26,319 bases of DNA from a virus (taxonomy: Duplodnaviria; Caudoviricetes), in IMG/VR virus record IMGVR_UViG_3300012952_000114, positions 1 to 26,319 of that record. One strand, given 5' to 3'. The stretch's first letter is position 1, and each line of letters opens with the position of its first letter. The position numbers and the translations under genes are program-made. The notes beneath the pieces were generated by a model. That model did no database searches, was not told the DNA's origin, and saw nothing but the letters and a program-made list of their open reading frames with translations. Below, in pieces: positions 16,931 through 25,909 of this stretch.

Positions 16931-17244
16931 TATGCAACCTCACTATCTACAAGAGGAGTAGGCAACTCTGCCTTCATCCACTCTATTAATTGACCCTTCA
17001 TACTGAATGCATTGTAATCACCAGTACATTTAATCTCTATACCATAATCAGTTAATGTCAACTTGTAATATTTGTTGCCATCTATCATGTCATAACCATC
17101 TTTACCACTTAACCAATATGCATCATATTGACCTTTAACTGGAACTAGATTTAAATTAACTTTCTCTTTCAAAAAGTTGAAAAGTTTTGATATTGAGAGT
17201 TTACCCTCTCTTGATATCACTATTTCTGCATTACCTAATTTCAT
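16930..17244 (-). CDS. Hypothetical protein
   Basis: 104-aa ORF with AAGGAG SD and its own promoter. Confidence 0.8.
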   Translation of the reverse strand: MKLGNAEIVISREGKLSISKLFNFLKEKVNLNLVPVKGQYDAYWLSGKDGYDMIDGNKYYKLTLTDYGIEIKCTGDYNAFSMKGQLIEWMKAELPTPLVDSEVA

Positions 17245-17268
17245 ATTTACTCCTTAATTTATACATAT

Positions 17269-17298
17269 ATTATACTAAAATATGTACCCTAGTGTAAA
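17269..17298 (-). promoter_or_regulatory. Sigma70-type early promoter with GGTACAT box
   Basis: TTTACA-CTAG-GGTACAT-ATTTTAG-TATAAT. Confidence 0.82.
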
Positions 17299-17504
17299 GG
17301 TCTTTCGTTCCCATTTACAAGGATAGAAACTAAATTATAATTACCTATAATATCGATACCTATACGATACCTAACACTGTCACACATAAGTGACCAACTT
17401 GCATCAACATTAGACTTATCTAATGCAAGTTGCATTTCTTTAGAATTTAAAGGGATTTCCGAGACGACTCCATTGAAGTCTTGAATTTTGATACCATTTT
17501 TCAT
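17289..17504 (-). CDS. Hypothetical protein (71 aa)
   Basis: Start reassigned to ATG 17504 (MKNGIKIQ); the ORF-track TTG start at 17540 is the promoter -35 box. Confidence 0.72.
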   Translation of the reverse strand: MKNGIKIQDFNGVVSEIPLNSKEMQLALDKSNVDASWSLMCDSVRYRIGIDIIGNYNLVSILVNGNERPLH

Positions 17505-17510
17505 ACTACT

Positions 17511-17540
17511 ATTATATGAAAAAATGTACCTATATGTCAA
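17511..17540 (-). promoter_or_regulatory. Sigma70-type early promoter with GGTACAT box
   Basis: TTGACA-TATA-GGTACAT-TTTTTCA-TATAAT, then 6 nt to ATG. Confidence 0.88.
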
Positions 17541-18193
17541 GTATTGGGATGTCCTTCTTGTTGAACTTCAAAGTCATGATGAAGATTACCAGCTATACAA
17601 TATCTATCTGTTTTAACTGTAACTGGTTTTACTTGATGAAACACATAAGAGGGAAACACTACTAATTGTCCTGTATGTGGTGGAATAAAAAGAAGAGGTT
17701 CACCCCATTGTCTAGTTTTCTCTTGCACATGTTCTGCACAATTTGATAAATCTATTTCAATACTACCATCTGGAACTTTACATAACTCTAAGGGTTGTGC
17801 AATTTCTGGGTCTTCAACATATGGATAGTATGTAAAACTCATAAAAGCTGGTTCATGAGAATGTGCTGGTGTAACATCATTTACTTCATATCCCATACCC
17901 CAAACTTGAGAAAAAACTGGTAAAAAATCTGGAACATGTACAAGATATTTTTTTATTTCAAAACCAACCCAATTTAAAAGTTGATGCATGTATGGACTAT
18001 CAAATGATTTCCATCCTGTAAAGTTTGTTACTCCTGCGTTGATGGTATCATGAACACCTTGTCCTTTTCCATCCATATCAAGAATGTAGTTTACAAGATG
18101 ATGATTGATGTCCATAATTTCTTTAGGAGCATCAATTGTTAAGACCTTAGTATGAGTTGATTGGTCTGGTAAGAAATTATATGTCCCATCCAT
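17537..18193 (-). CDS. 2OG-Fe(II) oxygenase-like protein (TIGR02466-like)
   Basis: PAHSH, FTYY, GQLVVFPSYVFHQV and RYCIAGN motifs. Start reassigned to ATG 18193 (MDGTYNF) with GGAG SD. Confidence 0.82.
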   Translation of the reverse strand: MDGTYNFLPDQSTHTKVLTIDAPKEIMDINHHLVNYILDMDGKGQGVHDTINAGVTNFTGWKSFDSPYMHQLLNWVGFEIKKYLVHVPDFLPVFSQVWGMGYEVNDVTPAHSHEPAFMSFTYYPYVEDPEIAQPLELCKVPDGSIEIDLSNCAEHVQEKTRQWGEPLLFIPPHTGQLVVFPSYVFHQVKPVTVKTDRYCIAGNLHHDFEVQQEGHPNT

Positions 18194-19562
18194 CAGTTTT
18201 TTCTCCAGAGATTCTTTTACCAGATTCACTACTGTCGAAAGCTGGTGGAGAATCATGTAGTTCTTCTGTTGCAGATTGTTCACAATCATACAACTTCATA
18301 CGACTTCTATCTACACCTATAATGAATCTTCTGAAATAGGTTGGGTCATTGTATCTGTTCTTCAATTGTTTGACCATGATTTGGTCAAGTTCTTCTAGTT
18401 CTTCTGTAGATATCAATGCAACCATCAAGTCTGCTGTTGCTGGTAGACCGAATGATTCAGATGTATCTTCTAGTCCAACATCTGTTGATGTAAATCCTTG
18501 TCTGTTAGTTTGTGTTGCAGTAACGATTGGTAGTTTAAATTCAACTGCAAGTCCTCTCATTTCTTCTGCAATACTCTTAACCATAGTGTAAGAATTTACA
18601 GTTGCACCTGCTCTCATTCTTGCAGATGCACAAATGTTTAGATAGTCAACATAAATAATATCTGGAACAAAATCTTTCTTGAGATTAAGTTCTTGTAGTA
18701 GATGTCTAAAATGACCTGTATGTGCAGTTGCAGTAGGATATTCTTTGACGATTAATTTACCAGTTGTTTTATCACGAATCGATTTTACTTTCTTATCATA
18801 CATATCTTTTGGTAGATTTGAAAGTTCTTGGATGGGAAGATTCATAAGATTTGCATCGATTCTTTCTGCAATCTTTTCTTCACTCATTTCCATAGATATG
18901 TAAAGTACATTCTTACCCATCATAAGATTGTTAGATGCACAATGACACATGAATAGTGATTTACCAACACCTGTACCTGCCATAACAACATTCAAGGTTT
19001 TATTTGGTAAACCACCCTTCGTAATTTTGTTCATCATTTCAAGGTCAAATGGTAGTTTATCTTCTACAGTATTGTAGGACATAAATCTATCATCTGAATC
19101 TTCGATGAAGTCGTGACCTATATGTTGGTCGAAAGAAACTGATAATGCATCTTTTAGAATATCTGGAATCTCACCCTTTTCTCTAGATGATGACTTATCG
19201 ATAATTTGAATACTTTCCATGACTGCATTATAGATTGCTCTATCCTTACACCATTTCTCAGTTTCATCTACTATAAAATCATGTGGTGTTTCCTCAGTGT
19301 TTTGTTTACACTGATTGATAACAGTCATTGCATTCTTTATCTCTTCGTCATTATGTCCAGACAAATCATTCAATACAATACCTAGAGCTTCATGAGTAGG
19401 ACACTCATTATACTTCATAAAGTATTCACTAATTTGATTATATACTAATCGTTCAGACCTATCTGAAAAGTAATCTTCTTCAAGATAAGGAATTACTTTT
19501 CTAGTAAATGTATCTGAAACGAATAGATTTTTTAAGATTGATTCTTCTATTCTATTCTGCAA
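18177..19562 (-). CDS. gp41: T4 gp41-like DnaB-family replicative helicase
   Basis: Walker [39 protein letters not shown] and KNRY. Synteny with uvsX and gp43. Confidence 0.96.
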   Translation of the reverse strand: MQNRIEESILKNLFVSDTFTRKVIPYLEEDYFSDRSERLVYNQISEYFMKYNECPTHEALGIVLNDLSGHNDEEIKNAMTVINQCKQNTEETPHDFIVDETEKWCKDRAIYNAVMESIQIIDKSSSREKGEIPDILKDALSVSFDQHIGHDFIEDSDDRFMSYNTVEDKLPFDLEMMNKITKGGLPNKTLNVVMAGTGVGKSLFMCHCASNNLMMGKNVLYISMEMSEEKIAERIDANLMNLPIQELSNLPKDMYDKKVKSIRDKTTGKLIVKEYPTATAHTGHFRHLLQELNLKKDFVPDIIYVDYLNICASARMRAGATVNSYTMVKSIAEEMRGLAVEFKLPIVTATQTNRQGFTSTDVGLEDTSESFGLPATADLMVALISTEELEELDQIMVKQLKNRYNDPTYFRRFIIGVDRSRMKLYDCEQSATEELHDSPPAFDSSESGKRISGEKTDGWDI

Positions 19563-20613
19563 TTACTTCACCTGTTTCTTCATCAATAACTTCTTGAACC
19601 TCTTCACTTCCATATTTAAATTCCTTTTTACAACATTCATTTAGTTGGTCTAAAATCTCTGGTGTGAAATATGTTTCTGGGTTGTTATTGATTGTTTTAC
19701 CAAACTGAGTTTTACCATCTGGTAATTCAATTCTTGTTGATGTTTGTTTAAAGATACCATACTTTAATGCAAGGTCAAGTAGACCATAATATCTATCTAG
19801 ACCTTTATCATATGTTAGTCTAACATCAACCATTTTGTTTTCAACTGTAAGTCTTGATTTATGATTCTTACAATGAATAATATTACCAATAATTTCTGTC
19901 CCATCTTTTTCTTTCTTTTTGGATAGATATACGATAGATGAAGCTGCATACTTCAATCCACTACCACCACCCATTTCTTTTTGTGGGAACATAGAACCAA
20001 TTACATCGTAAGTATGGTTTGTTACTATCATCGGTATTCCAACCTTACCAAGTTTTAAAGTTAACACTCTGAATGTACCTTTGATAACCTGTGCTTTAGT
20101 CATGTCTCTAACATTTTTACCAGAACCAATATCTTCTGTTTCTTTGATTGTAGATAACATACCAAGTGAATCAAGAACAAAGAAAAGTTTTTCATCACCT
20201 TTTCTTTGTTTTTCAAATCCATCAATAATATTAACTGCTTGAGTTCTAAACTCCTCTATAGTTGTAACTGGAACAAGAAGAATACGATTTGTATCTATTC
20301 CTCTTTCTTCTAACATTTCTTGAGTCAATGCAGACTCAGATTCAAAATAAACTACATTACCTTCTGGATTGTCTTCTAAAAACTTTTGCACCATTCCTAA
20401 TGCAAAGAATGTTTTACCTGTTGCAGATTCACCTGCCAATGCAGTTATTTTATTAGATGGGATACCACGATAGATATCACCACTTACTAATGCATTAAAA
20501 ATATAAGAACCTGTATCAATATAACCATCGACATCACCTGCCACGATTCCATCTGATACAACTCCTGCTAAATCATTACCACTTGCTTTTGCAAGGTCTT
20601 TCAATAAATTCAT
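19552..20613 (-). CDS. uvsX: UvsX RecA-like recombinase
   Basis: [24 protein letters not shown] and [12 protein letters not shown]. Confidence 0.96.
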   Translation of the reverse strand: MNLLKDLAKASGNDLAGVVSDGIVAGDVDGYIDTGSYIFNALVSGDIYRGIPSNKITALAGESATGKTFFALGMVQKFLEDNPEGNVVYFESESALTQEMLEERGIDTNRILLVPVTTIEEFRTQAVNIIDGFEKQRKGDEKLFFVLDSLGMLSTIKETEDIGSGKNVRDMTKAQVIKGTFRVLTLKLGKVGIPMIVTNHTYDVIGSMFPQKEMGGGSGLKYAASSIVYLSKKKEKDGTEIIGNIIHCKNHKSRLTVENKMVDVRLTYDKGLDRYYGLLDLALKYGIFKQTSTRIELPDGKTQFGKTINNNPETYFTPEILDQLNECCKKEFKYGSEEVQEVIDEETGEVIAE

Positions 20614-20638
20614 AATATATTCCTCGACTTGTTATACT

Positions 20639-20666
20639 ATTATACTACCAATCTCTATTCTGTCAA
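20639..20666 (-). promoter_or_regulatory. Sigma70-type promoter for uvsX
   Basis: TTGACA-N16-TATAAT followed by a GAGGA SD. Confidence 0.8.
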
Positions 20667-23143
20667 CTGAAAAAATCTTCTAGGGATGACACTGGTTCAG
20701 TTGACCACCCTATCTTTTCAAGTATTAGTTTTAGAGGTTCAATGAATGATTTATCAAACTGTAAATCATAATCAATGTAAGAATGAAGTTCAAACTCTTT
20801 GGGTAAAGTACTTATGAAACCAACAACATTCTCTTTGATTGGATTAGGTACTTTTAGATATAAGAATCTCATATGTTCACCACTCTGAATAGACTCATAT
20901 TTCATATCTATTTCTTTTTGTTTTAGATAGTGATTATAAAGAAGTGATGCTCTTACATGCATCGGTGTTGACTTCTTGTAGATTGTGACTGCATTTTCAT
21001 ACTCAAAGATACCATTTACCTTTCTAGGGAATGCAATATCATATGGGTCTAGTCCTTTGAATTCTGTTCTTGCATTATCAACAAACTCATGGACAAGTTT
21101 TTCGTCACCCTTCATGACAACCTTCAATGCATCTTCTAGTTTTTCACGAACCCATTGTGGTGTGGATGACTTTGCAGTTTCGATACCCATCATCTTGAGT
21201 TTTGGTTTTGTTAGACGAACACCTTCATTGTCATATACATTCATGATGTATCTTTTCTTTGCAGTCCAGATTGCTTTATCTGCTATCACCTCTCGACCCA
21301 TGACCATCTTGTTTTGATATGCATTGGTATAATCTGCAAGTTCTGAATAACAATTATTAATTACATCTTGCATTTTACCACTTGCAACTTGGTCTAGAAA
21401 CTCAATGGGATTTTTGGGTTGAACACTCTTGATGAGCTCATCAAATCTTACATAAATTGAATCAGTATCAATTGCAACCACATAATCATCCTCAGTACCC
21501 AAAATGTTATTTAAGTACATGTTAACTGCATTTTCAACCCATTTAATTGCAAGTTGACCACTACTTGTCACTGCCTCTGCAAGTCCCAACTCAAAATATC
21601 TAAACCACTCATTACCAATTGCACCATAAGCACTGTTCAAAGAAATTTTACGAACCATTTGATTGTTGTATGCAATTGCAATCTTTCTGTTCAATTCTTG
21701 TTTTCTTCTAGGGTCATCTGTGGATTCAAACTCTTTCTGGTGTTCAATCATCTTTTTCTTCCACAACACTCTTTCATCATACAAGTTCTCTAATACCTCT
21801 GGAAGAAATCCTTGTTTTCTTTTACTGAATCTTGCACCATTTGGTGTAGTTGCAAAGTCACCTTCTATTTTAATTTCTTTGTTCAACATCTTTTCTACAT
21901 TTATAGTATCCATTGTAATACCATTATAAGTCTCTGGACTAATGTTATATTGCATAATCAAATGTGGATACAGACTGTTTAAGTCAAACGATACAACCCA
22001 CTCATGCATTCCTATCTGAGGTTCTTTAACATATGCACCCATGAACTTTTGTTTTTTAGGTGATGATGACCTAGATGGTGGAACAATAATGTTTTGTTGT
22101 CTTAGACGATTGAATATTAAAATGTCCCAGTATCTTACTTGTCTAAATGCATCTAGATAGTTGCACTTTGCAGAGTACGACATTGCAAGTAGTAGACCCA
22201 TAAGACCTAGTTTATCATCTAGTTCCTCAACCAAATCTACATCACGAACATTATATTCTAGAAACTTCTGATAATCTTTCTTGTAGAATAGATGCATTGC
22301 ACCAAACTCTTCATAGTTAATTTTACCTTTACCAAGTTCTATTTGTGATATGTTTTCTAGTTTGTAACTATCTCTTCTTTTAAATGTAAACTTTTGATAA
22401 AGTTGTAAGTAATCTACAACCTCAACACCAGTTAGTGTGTATGCTTGTTGTTTCTTGTTAAAGTTTTCCCACTCACGAACAGTTGTTATATTCCATGGTG
22501 AAAGTTGGTCTGCTATAGTTGTACTGAATAGTTTAGATATTCTATTGTAAAGATAAGTAATATCAAACTGGTCAACATTCCATCCAGTTATAATGTCTGG
22601 ATATATCTTTTTATATTCTTCTAGGAAAGTTTTGAGAAGTTCTTTCTCATTTTTACAGTGAAAGTATTTGATGTTTGGGTCATTGTGTTCCCATGGTTGT
22701 GTACCAAAAACATATTTGGTATCTTTACCAAACAACTTAAATGTAATTGCATTGATTTCTTCTGCAGCTTCTGTTGGTTCTGGAAACCCATTTTCACATT
22801 CACATTCTATATCAAGGTTCATGATACGAATATGTCTCATCATCCACTCTATATCTTGAGGGAAATGTTCTGCAATGTAAGCGTAAGGATGTCTCTCAAT
22901 CCCATGTACATCAAAACCTTCTACATCTTTCCACTTCTCACGAAACTGTCGTGCTTGTGCAATAGAGTTAAACTTTTTAGGTTCTAGATTTTGTCCTTTT
23001 ACAGAACGAAAGGATGAGTCTTTGTTTGTTGGAACATAGAAAGTAGGTTTGTATTGTACTTGTTTTTGTACATACTCACCATCCTTGAACTCACGAACAA
23101 GGATGAGATTTCTATGTTGATAGACATTTGTATAAAAGTGCAT
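20663..23143 (-). CDS. gp43: T4 gp43-like family B DNA polymerase
   Basis: Exonuclease motifs LDIE, GWNVDQFD and YNVRD. Polymerase motifs SFDLNSLYP, KISLNSAYG and DTDS. C-terminal clamp-binding SLEDFF. Confidence 0.98.
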   Translation of the reverse strand: MHFYTNVYQHRNLILVREFKDGEYVQKQVQYKPTFYVPTNKDSSFRSVKGQNLEPKKFNSIAQARQFREKWKDVEGFDVHGIERHPYAYIAEHFPQDIEWMMRHIRIMNLDIECECENGFPEPTEAAEEINAITFKLFGKDTKYVFGTQPWEHNDPNIKYFHCKNEKELLKTFLEEYKKIYPDIITGWNVDQFDITYLYNRISKLFSTTIADQLSPWNITTVREWENFNKKQQAYTLTGVEVVDYLQLYQKFTFKRRDSYKLENISQIELGKGKINYEEFGAMHLFYKKDYQKFLEYNVRDVDLVEELDDKLGLMGLLLAMSYSAKCNYLDAFRQVRYWDILIFNRLRQQNIIVPPSRSSSPKKQKFMGAYVKEPQIGMHEWVVSFDLNSLYPHLIMQYNISPETYNGITMDTINVEKMLNKEIKIEGDFATTPNGARFSKRKQGFLPEVLENLYDERVLWKKKMIEHQKEFESTDDPRRKQELNRKIAIAYNNQMVRKISLNSAYGAIGNEWFRYFELGLAEAVTSSGQLAIKWVENAVNMYLNNILGTEDDYVVAIDTDSIYVRFDELIKSVQPKNPIEFLDQVASGKMQDVINNCYSELADYTNAYQNKMVMGREVIADKAIWTAKKRYIMNVYDNEGVRLTKPKLKMMGIETAKSSTPQWVREKLEDALKVVMKGDEKLVHEFVDNARTEFKGLDPYDIAFPRKVNGIFEYENAVTIYKKSTPMHVRASLLYNHYLKQKEIDMKYESIQSGEHMRFLYLKVPNPIKENVVGFISTLPKEFELHSYIDYDLQFDKSFIEPLKLILEKIGWSTEPVSSLEDFFS

Positions 23144-23149
23144 ATAACT

Positions 23150-23178
23150 AGTATACTACTAGATTACTTTTTGGTCAA
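23150..23178 (-). promoter_or_regulatory. Sigma70-type promoter for gp43, leaderless geometry
   Basis: TTGACC-N17-TATACT-N6-ATG with no SD. Confidence 0.75.
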
Positions 23179-23374
23179 CAAAATGTTTTTGCAATACTTG
23201 GATGTTTTCTTCTGCAGCTGCAATTTTTACAATTTGAGAATTGATTGCATCTAATACATCTGGATGTTCTCCAATACCTGCTGGGTTATGTAAATAGATT
23301 TCTATATTTGCTTTTGCTTCTGCAATTTCACCTTCGTACTTTAGAATTAGTGCATTTACGATTTGTTTTTTCAT
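23159..23374 (-). CDS. Conserved small helical phage protein
   Basis: IYLHNPAGIGEHPD motif recalled from marine phages. ATGA coupling to the upstream gene. Confidence 0.8.
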   Translation of the reverse strand: MKKQIVNALILKYEGEIAEAKANIEIYLHNPAGIGEHPDVLDAINSQIVKIAAAEENIQVLQKHFVDQKVI

Positions 23375-23670
23375 GTTACAATTTTTGGGGTTGGTGGTGT
23401 AATTACTTGTCCAGTAATTGATTCGTATTGATTACGAAGTTTTGTCTCTGGTTCTGCTGTAAACACAATGTTTTTGTAATTTACCATAATCTCTTCATTC
23501 TGTGCCATTGAACCATAAGGAACTAACTGTATGTTAAATCCTTTTTCAGTTTGTGACATTAGAATACCTAGAGGATTTTTTAGTTTGACTTCCACTGAAT
23601 CGTGTTTGTCTTCAATCCACTCTGTTACTAGTTCTTCACCTGTAACTAATTTTAAATATTTTATAATCAT
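23371..23670 (-). CDS. Conserved T4-like hypothetical protein (possible Sm-like beta fold)
   Basis: KYLKLVTGEELV..LKNP pattern, typical upstream of gp43 in marine T4-like phages (from memory). GAGG SD. Confidence 0.75.
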   Translation of the reverse strand: MIIKYLKLVTGEELVTEWIEDKHDSVEVKLKNPLGILMSQTEKGFNIQLVPYGSMAQNEEIMVNYKNIVFTAEPETKLRNQYESITGQVITPPTPKIVT

Positions 23671-24116
23671 ACTTCCTCTAACATTGTCATTAATCGTTCT
23701 GCACGATTAGTAACTTGGTTATACCATCTAGAATCCCTTCCCTCTTTTGCAGCTTCTTTCCAATCATTTCTTTCGATTGCAGCTTTAAAGTTTTTGAATT
23801 TAGATAGTCTTGTCATACCCATGTTAAAGGTCATATTAACTAAAACTCTTTGAACTTCGTCTGGATAACTTTCTAAGTCTGGATATAACTTTCCACATTC
23901 TTCAACATGTTCAAAAAAGTCATGAGCCCAAACTTCATTTACTCTATCTTCTGTGATAGGAGCTCCTACAGACATCCCATGTTCTGGGTCTGTCTCTTTA
24001 ACTAGGTGTCCTATTCCAAAAGTAGGATAACCTAAATGGTCTTTATAGATTTCATAAACGACACCTTCGTCTCTCATGATTTCTTCTTTTAATTTACTTG
24101 GATTCTTGATGTTCAT
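23667..24116 (-). CDS. T4-type (GH24) lysozyme
   Basis: Catalytic E-x8-D-x5-T in DEGVVYEIYKDHLGYPTFGIGH, plus NMTFNMG and SRWYNQVTNRA. Start reassigned to ATG 24116 (MNIKNP) with GGAG upstream. Confidence 0.92.
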   Translation of the reverse strand: MNIKNPSKLKEEIMRDEGVVYEIYKDHLGYPTFGIGHLVKETDPEHGMSVGAPITEDRVNEVWAHDFFEHVEECGKLYPDLESYPDEVQRVLVNMTFNMGMTRLSKFKNFKAAIERNDWKEAAKEGRDSRWYNQVTNRAERLMTMLEEV

Positions 24117-24405
24117 CTTTGAGTAACTCCACGGCTTTTTCACCTTGTTCTTCAAGCAGTTCAATAAGTATATCACCCATGATTTGATTAAACTCTTTAT
24201 CATCTGATATAGTGTCTTTCATTGAGTCTGGACATTTCCGAACTGCTCGAGTAAAATTAATTGTTGGTGGTTCACCTTCTTTTACTTCTTCGAATTGAAC
24301 TTCACCATAGGTATATATGACTCCTTCATATTTACCCCCAGTAATCTCGATACCATTCTCACCATCTTTAGCATTGATAACGAGTTTGTAAGTGGCTTTA
24401 GACAT
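24094..24405 (-). CDS. Conserved acidic T4-like hypothetical protein
   Basis: ITGGKYEGVIYTYGEV..FNQIMGDILIELL. TAATG coupling. Confidence 0.78.
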   Translation of the reverse strand: MSKATYKLVINAKDGENGIEITGGKYEGVIYTYGEVQFEEVKEGEPPTINFTRAVRKCPDSMKDTISDDKEFNQIMGDILIELLEEQGEKAVELLKDEHQESK

Positions 24406-24665
24406 TACTGTGCTTTGTAAACTTGGTTTACGATTTTAGATTTAACTTCTCTAGAATTAACCTTAACACCAAGTTCAGTTCCTTTTTCAACTAATTGTGC
24501 TTTGGTAAGTGCAGTCAGTCTTGCTTTAGAAAGTTTTACTGGTTTAGGTTCTACTACTGGTGGTTCACCAACAATAGTATCTGCCTGTTTAATACCAGTG
24601 TAAACTATACCAATGACAATACCTAGGATACCAAGTCCTATTATAAAATCAACAATATTTTCCAT
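24405..24665 (-). CDS. Single-pass membrane protein with C-terminal Rho-N/HeH-like domain
   Basis: Hydrophobic aa 4-25, a Pro-rich linker, then LTALTKAQLVEKGTELGV..KSKIV. Confidence 0.65.
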   Translation of the reverse strand: MENIVDFIIGLGILGIVIGIVYTGIKQADTIVGEPPVVEPKPVKLSKARLTALTKAQLVEKGTELGVKVNSREVKSKIVNQVYKAQ

Positions 24666-25243
24666 TATTTATCCTCTTCATTTGATTCAGTTATTTCTTC
24701 TTCTGAATCGTTGGTTACAAAATTCAAACCAAAGTGGTCTTTAACTTCTTCTAAAAACACCTCTGGTTTACTCTTTTCATATGGGTCTGTCTGACAATTG
24801 TCTTCTAGGTTTGGTTCTATGTTCATTATTTCGACTGTTCCATCAATAACTAACATTGCATATCTCCAAGACCTTAACCCAAATCCTAAGTTTTCTTTTT
24901 TAACAAGAAGACCTAGTTGTCTTGCAAGTTCACCATTACCATCTGGTAAAGGTTTTACTTTTTCGATACCTAAGCTTTCGAACCATGCATTCATGACGAA
25001 TGTATCGTTTACAGATGTGCAGTAAACTTCGTCAACACCAGCTTCTTTAAACTGGTCATACATTTCTTCGAAAGTAGGTAATTGGAAGGTTGAACATGTT
25101 GGTGTAAATGCGCCAGGCAATCCAAACACCACGATAGTCTTATCTTCCATTAGACCATCTAAACTGACCTCATCCCAGTCACCATCTTTTCTCATTTGAA
25201 AATGGACATCGTGAAGGTCATTTAAATTTCCTTTATTTAACAT
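24665..25243 (-). CDS. Peroxiredoxin, Prx5-like
   Basis: VVFGLPGAFTPTCS, SVNDTFVMNAW, LPDGNG and RSWRYAM. Confidence 0.95.
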   Translation of the reverse strand: MLNKGNLNDLHDVHFQMRKDGDWDEVSLDGLMEDKTIVVFGLPGAFTPTCSTFQLPTFEEMYDQFKEAGVDEVYCTSVNDTFVMNAWFESLGIEKVKPLPDGNGELARQLGLLVKKENLGFGLRSWRYAMLVIDGTVEIMNIEPNLEDNCQTDPYEKSKPEVFLEEVKDHFGLNFVTNDSEEEITESNEEDK

Positions 25244-25261
25244 AATATAGTCCTATAAAAA

Positions 25262-25269
25262 TATTTATA
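25262..25269 (-). promoter_or_regulatory. T4-type late promoter TATAAATA
   Basis: Exact consensus upstream of the peroxiredoxin-lysozyme gene run. Confidence 0.7.
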
Positions 25270-25277
25270 CTATATTT

Positions 25278-25305
25278 AGTATACCACGAGACTGGGATGT
25301 GTCAA
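25278..25305 (-). promoter_or_regulatory. Sigma70-type promoter
   Basis: TTGACA-N16-TATACT (with GG before -10) in the hsp20-peroxiredoxin gap. Confidence 0.72.
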
Positions 25306-25309
25306 CCTT

Positions 25310-25813
25310 TTATTTACTATTGAAACCCCATCCATGTTCTGTTAAGAACTGTTTAGGTAATTTCTTATTTCCAATAGAAATCTTTCTAGGTTTCTTTTCT
25401 TCTGGAATAATTTTAGTAATAGGAATTCCAAGAATACCATCTTGTATAGATGCAGAACCAACTTCTACATCATCTGCAAGAACAAATTTTCTTGACCATT
25501 TCCTAGCTGCAATACCAGTGTGAATTGCATGATTATTTGCAACTCTCTCTGGATTTGGATTCTCTTTATCACCAACGACTTTTAGTTCATTTTCTTGAAC
25601 TGTAATGTCGATATGGTCTTTACCGAATCCAGCACACGCAATCTCGATAACAAAATGTTCGTCATCAATTTTTGTGATATTATAAGGTGGGTATGATTGA
25701 CTGTTGTTTCTTTGAACATCATCTATTCTTCGAAAGAAGTCATCCACACCAATTGAGAATGGACTTGTCAGTTTTAACATTTCCTGTAAGTCCAGCGTAG
25801 TTAATTTTACCAT
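25310..25813 (-). CDS. hsp20: Small heat shock protein Hsp20 (IbpA-like)
   Basis: SYPPYNI, IEIACAGF, HTGIAARKWSRKF, DGIL.I and C-terminal PRKISI. AGGAGG SD. Confidence 0.96.
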   Translation of the reverse strand: MVKLTTLDLQEMLKLTSPFSIGVDDFFRRIDDVQRNNSQSYPPYNITKIDDEHFVIEIACAGFGKDHIDITVQENELKVVGDKENPNPERVANNHAIHTGIAARKWSRKFVLADDVEVGSASIQDGILGIPITKIIPEEKKPRKISIGNKKLPKQFLTEHGWGFNSK

Positions 25814-25872
25814 TTTTGCCTCCTGTTTTTAGCAAGGTTAAATTGTATTTGGAATCTCCCAGTGAGCATTCC
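25814..25872 (-). promoter_or_regulatory. ROSE-like RNA thermometer in the hsp20 5'UTR
   Basis: Hairpin 1 GGAAU-G-CUC-ACUGG-GAG-AUUCC. Hairpin 2 CCUUGCU-AAAAAC-AGGAGG pairs the UUGCU motif with the SD, leaving a bulged G. Confidence 0.75.
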
Positions 25873-25881
25873 TATTAGTAT

Positions 25882-25909
25882 ATATGGGGATTAATCTTTA
25901 GATTTCAAG
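25882..25909 (-). promoter_or_regulatory. Sigma32 (RpoH) heat-shock promoter
   Basis: CTTGAAA-N13-CCCCATAT matches the proteobacterial RpoH consensus, directly upstream of the hsp20 leader. Confidence 0.88.

Noticed and set aside
4214-22803. Nested minus-strand ORFs 4214..4420, 5281..5634 and 22621..22803
   Set aside because: Alternative frames wholly inside longer genes, with no recognisable features.
18177-23143. Introns or inteins in gp41, uvsX or gp43
   Set aside because: All have normal lengths and uninterrupted motifs.
24117-24131. T4 gene e-like hairpin occluding the lysozyme SD (GAG-TTA-CTC)
   Set aside because: Only a 3-bp stem, too weak to support.
2539-25249. Recurrent TATATTATG at start codons (2541, 3426, 12015, 20613, 25243) as a regulatory operator
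   Set aside because: Most simply an AU-rich SD-to-ATG spacer preference in an AT-rich genome; the genes are functionally unrelated.
153-25523. All plus-strand ORFs in the track (e.g. 153..626, 6795..7184, 13790..14269, 20985..21317)
   Set aside because: They are antisense shadows of well-supported minus-strand genes, with Phe/Leu/Ser-rich mirror composition and no motifs.
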